From Promethearchaeota archaeon (GTDB taxonomy: Archaea > Asgardarchaeota > Lokiarchaeia > Sigyniarchaeales > SOKP01): a stretch of 64,000 nucleotides of DNA. The position numbers and the translations under genes were made by a program. How positions within the stretch are numbered: position 1 is the stretch's first letter; the number at the start of each line of letters is the position of its first letter. The stretch lies in NCBI GenBank assembly GCA_019058445.1, contig JAHPZA010000002.1, positions 96,001 to 160,000 on the forward strand, in the 5' to 3' direction. Below the pieces are notes generated by a model, which was not told the origin of the DNA, searched no databases, and saw nothing but the letters and a program-made list of their open reading frames with translations. Shown here in pieces: positions 40,408 to 51,634 of this stretch.

Positions 40408-41106
40408 GTGGAAAAAGTGGGTTCATTAATTGAATATTTTAAAAAAAAAACCGCTGAAAATGTGCTGGAAAAAGCAATTAAACATGCCCAAAAAGTACAA
40501 GATTGCGTAAAAGAGCTTGATAAAGGTATTGAGACCTTACTTGAGGAGAGGAATGTTGAAAAATCCCATGAAATCTTTCATAATGTTGACTTGTTAGAAG
40601 GTGAAGCAGATACTATCAGAAGAGATATATTAGCAGATATTTCAAAAGGAGAACTAAATCCTAGCGTAAGATTAGATTTATCTCATTTAATTAAACGATT
40701 GGATGACGTTGCGAATTGCGCAAACGGAGTCGCTCGAAGAATTGCAACAATCCCGAAGGTTTTTTGGGAACAAAGCAGCGCAAAAACAATAGAATTAATA
40801 CGAAATATGATGAAAATTACTGTAGAATGTGGTGATTACCTGGATAAAATGGTACTTGATTTATTAGAAGAGAGAAAGAATTTAAAGGAATATAGTAGAC
40901 AAATAAACATTCTTGAACATAAAGTAGATCTACTAAATATTGATTTAAGAGGAAGTCTTCAAGAAACTGATTATAAAATCAATGCTTTTACAATTTTTAC
41001 TGTGGGAAACACGATAGATATTTTAGAAGCAATTTCAGACGCAATGGAAGTTGTAGCTGATTATATTATGCTTTTAATGAGAAGTGCGAGTGCAAGTTCA
41101 TTATAA
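40408..41106 (+). CDS. DUF47/PhoU-like phosphate transport regulator
   Basis: LEGEADTIRR, LDDVAN, LEHKVD and SDAMEVVAD motifs. Confidence 0.85.
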   Translation: MEKVGSLIEYFKKKTAENVLEKAIKHAQKVQDCVKELDKGIETLLEERNVEKSHEIFHNVDLLEGEADTIRRDILADISKGELNPSVRLDLSHLIKRLDDVANCANGVARRIATIPKVFWEQSSAKTIELIRNMMKITVECGDYLDKMVLDLLEERKNLKEYSRQINILEHKVDLLNIDLRGSLQETDYKINAFTIFTVGNTIDILEAISDAMEVVADYIMLLMRSASASSL

Positions 41107-41275
41107 TTTTTAAGTGCTTTTTTTGCTATTTTAGGCTTTTATCTAAATTAGATATTAGAATAAATAGCTAATTTGTATCAAATAACATCAGTTTAATAAA
41201 TTCCTAATGAAAAATATAATAACTACTTGTATTCTTTATTTCAATTAGGGAAAGGAAAAAAATAATTGAACGAAA

Positions 41276-42628
41276 ATGGATCATAATTTTATACATCCAG
41301 TGGAGACCCGTTATCGTACAGAAATCGCAAAATTGTTTACTGAAGAGCAAAAATTACAAAATTGGATGCGAGTAGAATCTGTATTAGCGAGTGTTCATGC
41401 GGAATTAGGTAACATACCAATAGAAGCCGCAAAGGAAATAGAGAAAGCTAGAAAAAATGTAAAGTTAGAAAGAGTTAAAAAAATCGATAACGAAATTCAT
41501 CATGATTTAATGGCTATGGTAAAGGCTCTGGCCGAGCAGTGTAAAGGAGATGCTGGCAAATATATTCACCTAGGCGCAACAAGTTATGATATTGAAGATA
41601 CTGCTATAGCATTACAGTTAAAAGAAGCATTAAAGTACATAAAGGATTCTCTATTGGATTTGTTAAAAGAATTAATTAGATTAATGGAAGAGAATAAAAA
41701 GCTTGTTTGTATAGGGCGAACTCATGGTCAACATGCAATTCCCACTACATATGGGATGAGGTTCGGGATTTGGGCATATGAAATTGATAGACATTTAGAG
41801 AGAATCTCTGAGACATTAAATCGGATTTCATTCGGAAAAATGTCTGGAGCTGTGGGTACCATGGCAAGTTTTGGTGAGAAAGGAATTCAGATTCAAGATG
41901 CGGTTATGAAGAAATTAGATCTAAATCCCGTATTATTGGCAAATCAAATTGTTCAGAGAGATCGTCATGCTGAGGTAATTCTATTAACGTCAATGATAGG
42001 ACAAACTCTGGCAAAAGTAGCAAGAGAACAACGAATTTTACAGCGCAATGAGATTGGGGAGATGTTTGAGCCTTTTAAGAAGAGCCAAGTTGGTAGTTCC
42101 ACAATGCCACATAAAAGAAACCCCCATAAATCAGAACGCATATGTAGTTTAGCACGAGTGATAAAATCAAATGCTTTAGTTGCCCTAGATAATATAATTT
42201 TAGAAGATGAAAGGGATTTAACAAATTCTGCATCCGAACGAGTTATTTATGCTGAAAATTTTATATTTCTTGATTTTATGATAAAACAACTTACACAAAT
42301 TCTTCAGGGGTTAGAATTCAATGAAAATAAAATAGAAGCAAATCTTAATCTTACGAAAGGAGCGTGTTTGGCCGAAAGAATAATGGTTGAATTAGTAAAT
42401 AAGGGAATTGGAAGACAAGAGGGGCATGAAATACTTCGACAGGCTGCCATTCAAGCTCGCAATGAAAATATCTATATGAAAGATATCCTAATTAAACATG
42501 ATAAGATAAAAGATAAATTCACAAAAAAAGAATTAGATGATGTTTTCAATCCCCATAATTATATTGGCAAGGCAGTTGAACAAGTTGAAAATCTAACGAA
42601 AATTCTAAAAAATAAATATAAAATATAA
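41276..42628 (+). CDS. purB: Adenylosuccinate lyase
   Basis: GRTHGQHA and GSSTMPHKRNP motifs. Confidence 0.95.
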   Translation: MDHNFIHPVETRYRTEIAKLFTEEQKLQNWMRVESVLASVHAELGNIPIEAAKEIEKARKNVKLERVKKIDNEIHHDLMAMVKALAEQCKGDAGKYIHLGATSYDIEDTAIALQLKEALKYIKDSLLDLLKELIRLMEENKKLVCIGRTHGQHAIPTTYGMRFGIWAYEIDRHLERISETLNRISFGKMSGAVGTMASFGEKGIQIQDAVMKKLDLNPVLLANQIVQRDRHAEVILLTSMIGQTLAKVAREQRILQRNEIGEMFEPFKKSQVGSSTMPHKRNPHKSERICSLARVIKSNALVALDNIILEDERDLTNSASERVIYAENFIFLDFMIKQLTQILQGLEFNENKIEANLNLTKGACLAERIMVELVNKGIGRQEGHEILRQAAIQARNENIYMKDILIKHDKIKDKFTKKELDDVFNPHNYIGKAVEQVENLTKILKNKYKI

Positions 42629-42635
42629 TTAGATT

Positions 42636-43814
42636 ATGACCGATAATAAAGATATATATTCTCAATTAGGAGTCTCATCTAAAAAAGAAGATGTTCATAA
42701 AGCTATTGAAAAGTTCGATAAAGGTTTATTTCCAGGAGCATTTTGCAAAATTGTAGAAGATGTAAATGGTCGCCCTGACTTTTGCTCAATTTTCCATGCG
42801 GATGGTGCTGGTACTAAAACAAGTTTAGCTTATATGTATTACAAAGAAACCGGAGACATCTCGTCATTTCGAGGGGTGGTAAGAGATGCTATTGTCATGA
42901 ATATTGATGATATGCTTTGCGTAGGTGCTACTGGGCCTATGTTTTTATCTAATAATCTTGGCAGAAACAAGACATTTATATCCGGAGAAATTGTGGCAAC
43001 GATTATCGATGAATACTACGAATATAGTAAAAAATTGACATCATTAGGATTAAAAACAATAATGTGCGGGGGTGAAACTGCCGATATTGGAGATTTAGTG
43101 AAGACGTTAGTAGTTGATGCATCGGCATTTACTGCAATGAAACGAGAAAATGTGATAAATGTTGAAAACATCCAGACGGATGATGTGATAATTGGGTTAG
43201 CTAGTTACGGAAAGGCTTCATATGAAGAAGAATACAATAGTGGAATCGGTAGTAACGGTTTAACATTAGCTAGGCATGGTACAATTAAGCATGAATATTT
43301 TAATAAATATCCTGAATGTTTTAATGAAAATATTGATGAAAAACTATTATTTTTTGGAAATTATAGATTAACCGATAGAATAGAAAAGCTTGGACTTACA
43401 GTTGGTAAAGCATTATTATCTCCGACGAGAACGTATGCCCCAATTCTATTAAATGCCCTAAAAGAATATAGAACCGAAATTCATGGGATAATCCATAATA
43501 CTGGAGGGGGCCAAACTAAAAACCTTCACTATGGAAAGGGGATAAAATATCTTAAAAATAATCTCTTTACTCCTCCAAAAATCTTTGAAATAATTCAAAA
43601 TTCATCTGAAACTCAATGGAGAGAGATGTTTAGTGTGTTTAATATGGGACATAGAATGGAGTTATTTTGTAATGAGTCAATTGCAAGGGAAATCATTGCA
43701 ATTGCTAAGAAATATGATATTGAGGGAAAAATTATCGGGCAATGTGAAAAATCTGCTTTTAAAGAAAAAAACATGGTTGAGATTAAATCTGAATATGGAA
43801 GTTTTATATATTAA
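42636..43814 (+). CDS. purM: Phosphoribosylformylglycinamidine cyclo-ligase (AIR synthase, long type)
   Basis: HADGAGTK, MNIDD, GGETAD, GSNGLT, HNTGGG and VFNMGH motifs. Confidence 0.9.
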   Translation: MTDNKDIYSQLGVSSKKEDVHKAIEKFDKGLFPGAFCKIVEDVNGRPDFCSIFHADGAGTKTSLAYMYYKETGDISSFRGVVRDAIVMNIDDMLCVGATGPMFLSNNLGRNKTFISGEIVATIIDEYYEYSKKLTSLGLKTIMCGGETADIGDLVKTLVVDASAFTAMKRENVINVENIQTDDVIIGLASYGKASYEEEYNSGIGSNGLTLARHGTIKHEYFNKYPECFNENIDEKLLFFGNYRLTDRIEKLGLTVGKALLSPTRTYAPILLNALKEYRTEIHGIIHNTGGGQTKNLHYGKGIKYLKNNLFTPPKIFEIIQNSSETQWREMFSVFNMGHRMELFCNESIAREIIAIAKKYDIEGKIIGQCEKSAFKEKNMVEIKSEYGSFIY

Positions 43815-43828
43815 TTAGGTGATGCTTT

Positions 43829-44779
43829 ATGGGAAAGAAATTTGATGTAATTTGTTCAGGAGCAGCTTTGGTTGATATGGTTGCCAAGGTAGAGAGACAT
43901 CCGTTGGATGATGATGAAGTATTCGTTTCAGATTTAACACTGTTATCAGGTGGTGCCGCGGCAAATACTGCTTATGCTTGTGGAAAATTGGGGTTAACTT
44001 CTGCTTTCTTGGGGAAATTAGGAGAAAATGATGTATTTGGGAGTAAAATAATTGAAGATTTCAACGAAGTGAACGTGAGTACTACATTATTGAAGTATTC
44101 GAAACAATATGGCACGGGTTCGGCTTATGTGGCGCTCAATAAAGAAGGAGATCGGAGGATATATGCCCATAGTGGAGCTGCGAATTACCTTTCAAAAGAA
44201 GATATCATAGAACAAGAAATTTTAGCTACAAAGGTAATATTTTTAAGTAGTCTAAAGAATCTGGAACCTTTTATTGAAGCTGCTAAAATAGGTAAAAAAA
44301 ATGATATTCCTGTTATCTTGAATCCAGGCATGTTAATTATTGATCAAGGGTTTAATTCCATAACAGAATTACTTCAAAAAATTGATATTTTTATCCTATC
44401 TCAAAGAGAATTTTCTACGCTTTTACATATTCAAGAAAACCTAGAAGATCAAATTATAATAGAAAAAGCGAACATTCTCTTAGAGCTTGGAATAAAAGTA
44501 CTTATAGTGACTATGGGAGAAAGAGGTGCGTTCTTATTAACTGGACAAGAGTCAGAATTAATTCCTTCAGTTAAGGTTAAGCAAGTAATTGATACAACTG
44601 GAGCAGGCGATGCGTTTTCTGCAGGATTTATTTACGGATTTGTAAATAACTTAAGTTATGCATTTGCAGATTTAAAGCAAAATGTAACCATCGGGAATTT
44701 TGTGGCTGGTGAATGCATACAAAAATTAGGTGCCAGAAATGGTATTCCTACTTCTAAGAAAGTAAAACTAATTCTATAG
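43829..44779 (+). CDS. PfkB family carbohydrate/nucleoside kinase
   Basis: GGAAANTA and DTTGAGDAF motifs. Confidence 0.92.
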   Translation: MGKKFDVICSGAALVDMVAKVERHPLDDDEVFVSDLTLLSGGAAANTAYACGKLGLTSAFLGKLGENDVFGSKIIEDFNEVNVSTTLLKYSKQYGTGSAYVALNKEGDRRIYAHSGAANYLSKEDIIEQEILATKVIFLSSLKNLEPFIEAAKIGKKNDIPVILNPGMLIIDQGFNSITELLQKIDIFILSQREFSTLLHIQENLEDQIIIEKANILLELGIKVLIVTMGERGAFLLTGQESELIPSVKVKQVIDTTGAGDAFSAGFIYGFVNNLSYAFADLKQNVTIGNFVAGECIQKLGARNGIPTSKKVKLIL

Positions 44780-44871
44780 TTTAATCAAAACAAAAAAGTT
44801 TATAATTTTTCAATAAAATTATTTGTTAATTAAATTTTCTACAATTTCAAAACTTCTACGGATGACTCAGA

Positions 44872-45930
44872 TTGACTGAGATAAAAAATCAAATAATAGC
44901 TGAAAGAGGCAGATTTCTTTTAGAAGTGTTTCTTATCTTTTTTGGAATTATGCTGTTCTCTCTTATTCCATGGTTTGTGCTGCCACTGTTTATGAATACT
45001 GAATCCATTTTTTATGGTCCACTATATTATTTATTGCGAGCATTGGCAATAATTATAAGTGTTCCTTTGTTCTTATTTTTCTCCAATAAAATCCTTGAAA
45101 CACCTAAACGGACTCAAATTATAAGGGAAGATATTAATCCTGCGTTAGAGTATTTAAAATTATATTCATTTCCAGAGAATAGTTTTAAAGACCAATTGTT
45201 ATATGGCATTTTACTTTTATTTATAATCTTTATTCCTTTAGATTTTCTCGTATATTTTTTGATACCCGATATGTTAAAATACACGGGCGAAGTATTATCT
45301 TCCCAAGCAACGGATTCTTACTTCTTACAGAGCTATTTTGTGTTCCTTTTTTCAGTAATCATAATACAGATATGTGTTTCTATCTATGAGGAATCGGTAT
45401 CGAGAGGATTTTTAACGATGAGAGGCAAGGAATACGTCCATAAAATATCGGCAGTTATTATTGCTTCTTTATACTTCGGTTTGATGCATTTTGCTTATTT
45501 TCTTACTCCCACAAGTAAGAACTATCCGTTCTGGTTTCCATTTATTTGGTTTTTGCAAACATTTTTAGTCGCTATTATTCTATCAATATTAGTATTAAAG
45601 AAAAAGAGTTTATTTCCTGTCATTTTTGCCCATGCGCTAAATAATATTATATCGGCTCATGCGGTGTGGAATTATCTTCAAGGTAATGATTTCAGCTTAA
45701 TGGTATATTATATATACATTCCATTAATGATTATTGGGGTGATCCTATTTATTTGGCAGTTTTCGACCATAAAAACAGGAGTTTCAGTTATATATGCTGA
45801 TATCAAAGAGTACTTTAAGCCTGATGAGAAATTCGGAGAGGTAAAAGGAGATGTATACTTTAGAATATTAATTGATTTACTTATTGGAATTGTAATTCTG
45901 GCACTTGGTTTATTTATTTTTGGAGTTTAA
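44872..45930 (+). CDS. CPBP family intramembrane metalloprotease
   Basis: EESVSRG, FGLMH and AHALNN motifs. Confidence 0.85.
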   Translation: MTEIKNQIIAERGRFLLEVFLIFFGIMLFSLIPWFVLPLFMNTESIFYGPLYYLLRALAIIISVPLFLFFSNKILETPKRTQIIREDINPALEYLKLYSFPENSFKDQLLYGILLLFIIFIPLDFLVYFLIPDMLKYTGEVLSSQATDSYFLQSYFVFLFSVIIIQICVSIYEESVSRGFLTMRGKEYVHKISAVIIASLYFGLMHFAYFLTPTSKNYPFWFPFIWFLQTFLVAIILSILVLKKKSLFPVIFAHALNNIISAHAVWNYLQGNDFSLMVYYIYIPLMIIGVILFIWQFSTIKTGVSVIYADIKEYFKPDEKFGEVKGDVYFRILIDLLIGIVILALGLFIFGV

Positions 45931-45945
45931 AGAAGGTTTTGTAAA

Positions 45946-46467
45946 ATGGTCAAATTTGGGATATTATCCGATACACATATAACCTCTGAAGTTGATCCGA
46001 AAAAAGCAAACGATTTATTGGAACAATTAAAAGATGTGTTTAGGGATGTAGATGAGATTATTCATGCAGGAGATGTCTGTGAAGAGTTTTTTCTGGACAA
46101 GCTTAAAAATATAGCTCCTACTAAAGCTGTAAAGGGGAAGTTAGATAAAATAAAAGATTCCAAAGAATTTATCACGTTTAATGCTGGTATATACAATGTT
46201 GGTGTTATCCATAAACCACCTGAAAATTTGGAAGCTTTTTTTAAAGAGAATGATTTACATATATTAATCTACGGTCACACCCACATCCCTCTAATAAAAG
46301 GAACACAATATAATACTTTAATTTTGAATCCCGGATCTACCACTTACCCCAAACCCCCTCCTAAAAAACCTATGTTTAAAGAACCTGTTGCCCGACCCAG
46401 TGTAATGACATTGGAAATCGATGAAAATGACTTGCTAAAAACGTTTATAATAAATTTGAAGATTTAA
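45946..46467 (+). CDS. YfcE/Vps29-like metallophosphoesterase
   Basis: LSDTH, HAGD, GHTH and NPGS motifs. Confidence 0.9.
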   Translation: MVKFGILSDTHITSEVDPKKANDLLEQLKDVFRDVDEIIHAGDVCEEFFLDKLKNIAPTKAVKGKLDKIKDSKEFITFNAGIYNVGVIHKPPENLEAFFKENDLHILIYGHTHIPLIKGTQYNTLILNPGSTTYPKPPPKKPMFKEPVARPSVMTLEIDENDLLKTFIINLKI

Positions 46468-46586
46468 TTATTATAACTAATTTACATTAATGTTAAATAT
46501 TTCTTTTTCCTTCAATATAAATGGGATGAATTAATTTTTATTTTTTTTTTGAAAATCGCTATTATGTGGTATAAGCAATCATAGAA

Positions 46587-49219
46587 ATGGTGTTTTATCA
46601 ATCAAAAATGATAAATCAGAGAGAACTAAAGCATTAAATGAAATAGCAGAAAAATATTCTGCTATTGTAAAAGCCTTTGATGGTTTAATATATATATGTT
46701 CACAAGATTATAAAGTTGAATTTATGAATGAAAGATTTATCGAAAGAACTGGTTATGACGGAGTAGGAGATCTTTGTTATAAGGCATTACATAATTTTGA
46801 CTCTATTTGTCCTTGGTGTGTTAATGATCGTGTGTTTTCAGGAGAGACGGTAAAATGGGAAGTAAAAAGTCCTAAAGATAATCGTTGGTATTATGTAGTT
46901 AACACTCCGATATCTCATCTTGATGGAACTATTTCTAAGATGGCAATGATATTGGATATCACTGAACAAAAAGAAGCTCAACAAAAATTAAAAGAGTCTG
47001 AGGAAAAATTTGCTAAAGCCTTTAACAGTAATGCATTATCAATGTCAATAAGTTCAATTGAAGAAGGACGGTTCGTCGAAGTTAATGATGTTTTTTTAGA
47101 TGACCTCGGATTTAAAAGGGAAGAAGTCATCGGCAAGACATCAGAAGAACTAAATATATGGGTTGAGAGAAGTCAACGAGATTTATTGATACAAACCCTT
47201 AAAGAAGAGGGAAAGGTAACCAATATGCAGTGCAAATATAGAACCAAAGAAAACAAAATTAAGTATGGACTTTTTTCTGTAAATATAATAATTCTTAATG
47301 AAAAACCGTATCTTTTAAATATAGTGAATGACATAACAAGACGAGTTCACTATGAACAAAAATTAAAAGAATCTGAGGAACAATATCGAACAACCATAAA
47401 TTCTCTAGCTGATCCATTGCTCGTTATAAACAGAGATTTTAAAATTGTTCTCTTAAATTCCGCATTTAAACAATGGCTTGATGATTTAAGTGTTAAAAAG
47501 GATATATTGGGTCTAACGGTCTTCGAGGCATTTCCCTTTTTACCTGATGAAGTTCGCGAGGAATATGAGCGAGTATTCAATAATAGAGAGATTACTTTTA
47601 CTGAGGGAAGCACACTTTTAGATAATAAAGAAGTCATTACAGAGTCGAGAAAAATTCCGATATTTAAGGAAGGAAATGTTAGTCAGGTTATAACTATTGT
47701 GAGAGATATAACTAAAAGGAAGAACACAGAAAAAAAATTAAAGGAATCCGAAGAAAAATACCGTGCATTGATAGAAAATGTTAATGATGTAATCTTCACT
47801 CTTGATATTGAGGGTAATTTTACATATACTAGTCCAGTCATAGAACAGTTTAGTGGATATAAAGTCGACGAGATTATTGGAAAAGCATTTTCTTGTTTCA
47901 TATTTCCTGAGGACTTACCCCACTTGTTAGCCAGCTTTGAACGCACTCTGGCGGGTCGGAAAGAACCATTGGAATTTCGGATTATAGTTAAGGATGGTTC
48001 AATACGCCACGTACTCACCTCAAGCAGTTTGATTATAAAACAAGGTCAGCCTGAGGGATTGATTGGCGTGATGACCGATGTCACTAATAGAAAGAAAGCA
48101 GAGATAAGACTAAAAGAATCTGAGGAAAATTATAGATTAATTACGGAAAATGCTAATGATTTAATTAGTATCGTTAATCCAAATTTCAAAGTCGAATTTA
48201 TCAACGAACAAACTTACTTTAATATTTTAGGTTATTCCAAAGAGGATATTATTGGAAAAACGGGATTTAATTTTGTACATCCTGATGATTTGGAGCGAGG
48301 TATTAATGCATATAAAGAGGGACTTGTAAAAAGTGAGGGAATCGTCGAACTGCGACTTAGACATAAACAAGGACATTATCAATGGTTTGAATTTAAAGGA
48401 AAAAAATATTTGGATCCTAAAGGAAATATAAAGGGATTATTAATAGGCAGAGAGATCTCTAAACGTAAAGAAGCAGAACAATTAATTTTAGAAGAAAATA
48501 GGAAATTATTAGAATTGGAGAATATGAGAGAAAACATTATCAATAGAATTTCTCATGAATTAAAAACACCTCTAACCCTAGTAATTTCTGGTTCCGAACT
48601 TCTTACAACAGTATATAGGAATCAATTAAAAAAAGAGGCTCAGGAAATAACAGAAATGATTAATAGAGGGGGTTCAAGATTAAAATTATTAATTGAGAAT
48701 TTATTGGATACATCTAAAATTGATAATCATAAATTTGAATTAACCAGAAAAAGAGAAAATCTTATTGATTTGATTTCAGAAAGCATAAAAGATTTATCTT
48801 TTTTTGCTCAAAATAGACAACTTAATATCAACTTAAACCTCCCCAATACAATATTTTTTAATATTGATAAGTTTCGAATGCAGCAAGCTATTACAAATAT
48901 TTTATCAAATGCGATTAAAAACACACCAAAGGGGGGAGACATATATATAACTGCAGAAGAAAATTTGGAATATATTAAAATTAAAATAAAAGATACTGGT
49001 GTTGGTTTAACTAATGAAGAAAAAATAAGACTATTTGAAAAATTTGGCAAAATAGAAAGATACGGCTCGGGATTGGATGTAGATATTGAGGGATCGGGAC
49101 TTGGTTTATATATTTCAAAACATATCGTAACTGCTCATAATGGTGAGATCCTTGTTGAATCTGAAGGAAGAAATAAAGGAAGTCTTTTTATTATAAGATT
49201 GAGAAAAAAAGAAGAGTAA
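46587..49219 (+). CDS. Multi-PAS sensor histidine kinase; 5' end possibly interrupted by a 29-nt intron (46593-46621)
   Basis: Five PAS repeats linked by KLKESEEKYR-type helices; SHELKTPL, NAIK, DTGVG and GSGLGL. The first PAS domain begins upstream of the ATG at 46724. Start coordinate is inferred. Confidence 0.88.
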
Positions 49220-49378
49220 TATGATTTAAAAATATTTTGAAATGAATGTCCCAAACTCCAACCTAAGAAAACCATATTTAGAGAATCTATCATCATAATA
49301 AAATATATAATATTAGATCTCGATGAATATAATATTTTAAAAATTTTTATTATAAATTTGAAAACGTTAATGATACTT

Positions 49379-49720
49379 CTAAGAGTCTATTAATAAAGCA
49401 TTTAAAAATTCATCGATTTTAATTTTAAGAGTCTCCATTTTACAATTATTTTCTATGTATAATAGCAATAAAGTCTCTTGTTCGAGATAACCTATTAATG
49501 TTAGTGAGGAATCTTTATAAATAAAATGAGTTAATGAAAGATCCATTATTTTTTGAGACATTATTTGGGAAAAATCGATAAGTAATTTTTTGAAATCACT
49601 TGAGTTGCTGGGATATTGATAAAATTTTAGACTTGATGAAAATTTTACAATTCCTACAGAAATTATATTTGGAATTTGCTTGAATCCATCAATAAATTTC
49701 TTATAATCCATAAAACTCAC
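49379..49720 (-). CDS. Hypothetical small alpha/beta protein (roadblock/profilin-like size)
   Basis: 113 aa; overlaps the end of the longin-like gene, suggesting translational coupling. Confidence 0.55.
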   Translation of the reverse strand: MSFMDYKKFIDGFKQIPNIISVGIVKFSSSLKFYQYPSNSSDFKKLLIDFSQIMSQKIMDLSLTHFIYKDSSLTLIGYLEQETLLLLYIENNCKMETLKIKIDEFLNALLIDS

Positions 49721-50477
49721 TTATTTCTTGAAATTTCTTGTTGAATTTTTCAATATCAGAGATAGGATCTAATTTTCCAGGTAAAAATATCAATATGTCA
49801 AGATTTACAGCAATATGGTAAACGTAAATCGAAAATCTATCGTAATCCGTAAATGCAAGTTGTATATCATCCGGATCTAAAAAATTAGAGGTTAAATCTG
49901 CTAATTTTTTTTGTTTTTGGACAAATGAATCAATAATTTTACTTTTTAAAAATGTAACTAATTCAAAATCATTAGATTCTCGAAAATATTCGCTGTCTTT
50001 CTTATAATTATAATATATTCTGTATCCATAAATTTCTGGAAAGATATTCATCATTTTCATTAATGAGTTATTTATATAAGAAATAGTTTCTTCATCGCTT
50101 AATATAAATATCTTTTTAGCTACTTCAATTAAATCATCAAATATATGTATTTCACCCTCCCATACGTTCCAATCCACATGGTCATTAAATAATTTTGCGA
50201 CACGTTTAATTTTTGGTAAATTTAATTCTGTATTATCATTTTTATCACATATTAAGGCTACTAATATAAAACCATGTTTATAAGTCAGAATTTTTTTTTC
50301 ATGAGTAATAAAACTATGAATTTGTCCCATACTTAATTCATGGAGGAGAGATTCAATCGCTTTTACAACTCCACTCATTAACAATCCTTTACCTTTATCT
50401 ATACCAGTTTCAGATAATTTAATACTAGCAAGGTTACTTCCCGATTCAGAATGTAAAATTATTAAATTATATTTCAA
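49701..50477 (-). CDS. Longin-like domain protein with a second small alpha/beta domain
   Basis: LIILHSESG.NL...LMSGVVKAI..L.HEL..GQIHSF...VALICDK matches the Asgard longin pattern. Confidence 0.62.
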   Translation of the reverse strand: MKYNLIILHSESGSNLASIKLSETGIDKGKGLLMSGVVKAIESLLHELSMGQIHSFITHEKKILTYKHGFILVALICDKNDNTELNLPKIKRVAKLFNDHVDWNVWEGEIHIFDDLIEVAKKIFILSDEETISYINNSLMKMMNIFPEIYGYRIYYNYKKDSEYFRESNDFELVTFLKSKIIDSFVQKQKKLADLTSNFLDPDDIQLAFTDYDRFSIYVYHIAVNLDILIFLPGKLDPISDIEKFNKKFQEISEFYGL

Positions 50478-50585
50478 ACTCGTATTAATTCCTTTTGTCT
50501 GTATTATCTAAAATCTTTTTCAATATTTGTATAAATAATTATTTGATTATTAATAACACTTATGTGAGGTATTAGAGAAAAGCTA

Positions 50586-51632
50586 TTAGAAATAAGCATA
50601 CTTTAAAGCTAAAGATATAAATTCTCCAATTTTTTCAATAGATACATTATGTGGGATCATATGTTGAGTTGCCAATACATAACGACCATTTGGTTTACCT
50701 ATTTTTATAGTTTCTCTTATAATATGTTCCATGAAATCTAATGTCCAATCTCCTAATTCTAAATTATTAACATTTCCGAATAAAGTATATTTCCCCTCTG
50801 ATTTCTTTTTTAATTCTTCAAGATCATCGTTTGCTGATGGGAACGTGCCAATAACTCCTGTTTTATTAAATAGATCTGCAAATGGAAGAATATTCCCTCC
50901 AGCAGTATAAAACACAATTGGGACTTTAAGGTCTCGAGTAATTCTTTGATAGAGGGGAATTACTAGTTCTTCAAACATTTCTCTAGGGATACTTGTAGCT
51001 GTTGCAAGCCCATCGACTAATACTAATATATCTGCTCCGGCTTCTATATGTTCTTTTGCCCATTGTTCTCCAAATTTTAAAGAAAAATCTAAAACGCTTT
51101 GAATTTTATCAGGATTAATCAGAATAGATTCAAACCAGGCAGATGCCCCCATTAATAGAGATGGAAACGAAAATGGACCAGTTTGCACCGATAATATTGG
51201 TTTTTTTCCTTTATAAAGCTCTGTTAATCCTTTAGTAGTAGTTATAGTCTTTTGGTATGCTGGATGTTCATTTAACGTAGGGATCTCATTATTAGTAAAA
51301 AAATCTATTGTTTTCGCGATTGGTTCACCTGTGTTTGGAGAACCGCCCTCAAAAAATAATGTATTCATTCCAAATATTTCAGACTCAATTGCAAGATAAT
51401 AAAAATTAGAGACATAATCAAGATTTAGTAACTCCTGTAGCTTACTTTGTCCCTCTATCACGCTTTTTGCTGAAGAGTAATATTTTTTAATTGAGAGGTT
51501 TAATAACTTTGAACAAAGAGAATCAATCATAGGGAATATTGGAATTCTATCAGTAGGTTTCCCTAATACCGTGGCCATAATTCGATCAATAGCATTCGAT
51601 TTATCTTTCTCATAACCTTTAACTAAAGACAA
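50586..51632 (-). CDS. MtaA/CmuA-type methylcobamide methyltransferase (UROD family)
   Basis: DRIPIFP, GPFS, AGAD and LFGNV motifs; coupled to the corrinoid protein gene. Confidence 0.8.
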   Translation of the reverse strand: MSLVKGYEKDKSNAIDRIMATVLGKPTDRIPIFPMIDSLCSKLLNLSIKKYYSSAKSVIEGQSKLQELLNLDYVSNFYYLAIESEIFGMNTLFFEGGSPNTGEPIAKTIDFFTNNEIPTLNEHPAYQKTITTTKGLTELYKGKKPILSVQTGPFSFPSLLMGASAWFESILINPDKIQSVLDFSLKFGEQWAKEHIEAGADILVLVDGLATATSIPREMFEELVIPLYQRITRDLKVPIVFYTAGGNILPFADLFNKTGVIGTFPSANDDLEELKKKSEGKYTLFGNVNNLELGDWTLDFMEHIIRETIKIGKPNGRYVLATQHMIPHNVSIEKIGEFISLALKYAYF

Positions 51633-51634
51633 TT

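Noticed and set aside
44862-44881. ATG plus a small hairpin before the CPBP gene as a 5' intron
   Set aside because: It is only a 10-nt imperfect tandem duplication with no BHB geometry, and the TTG start is adequate.
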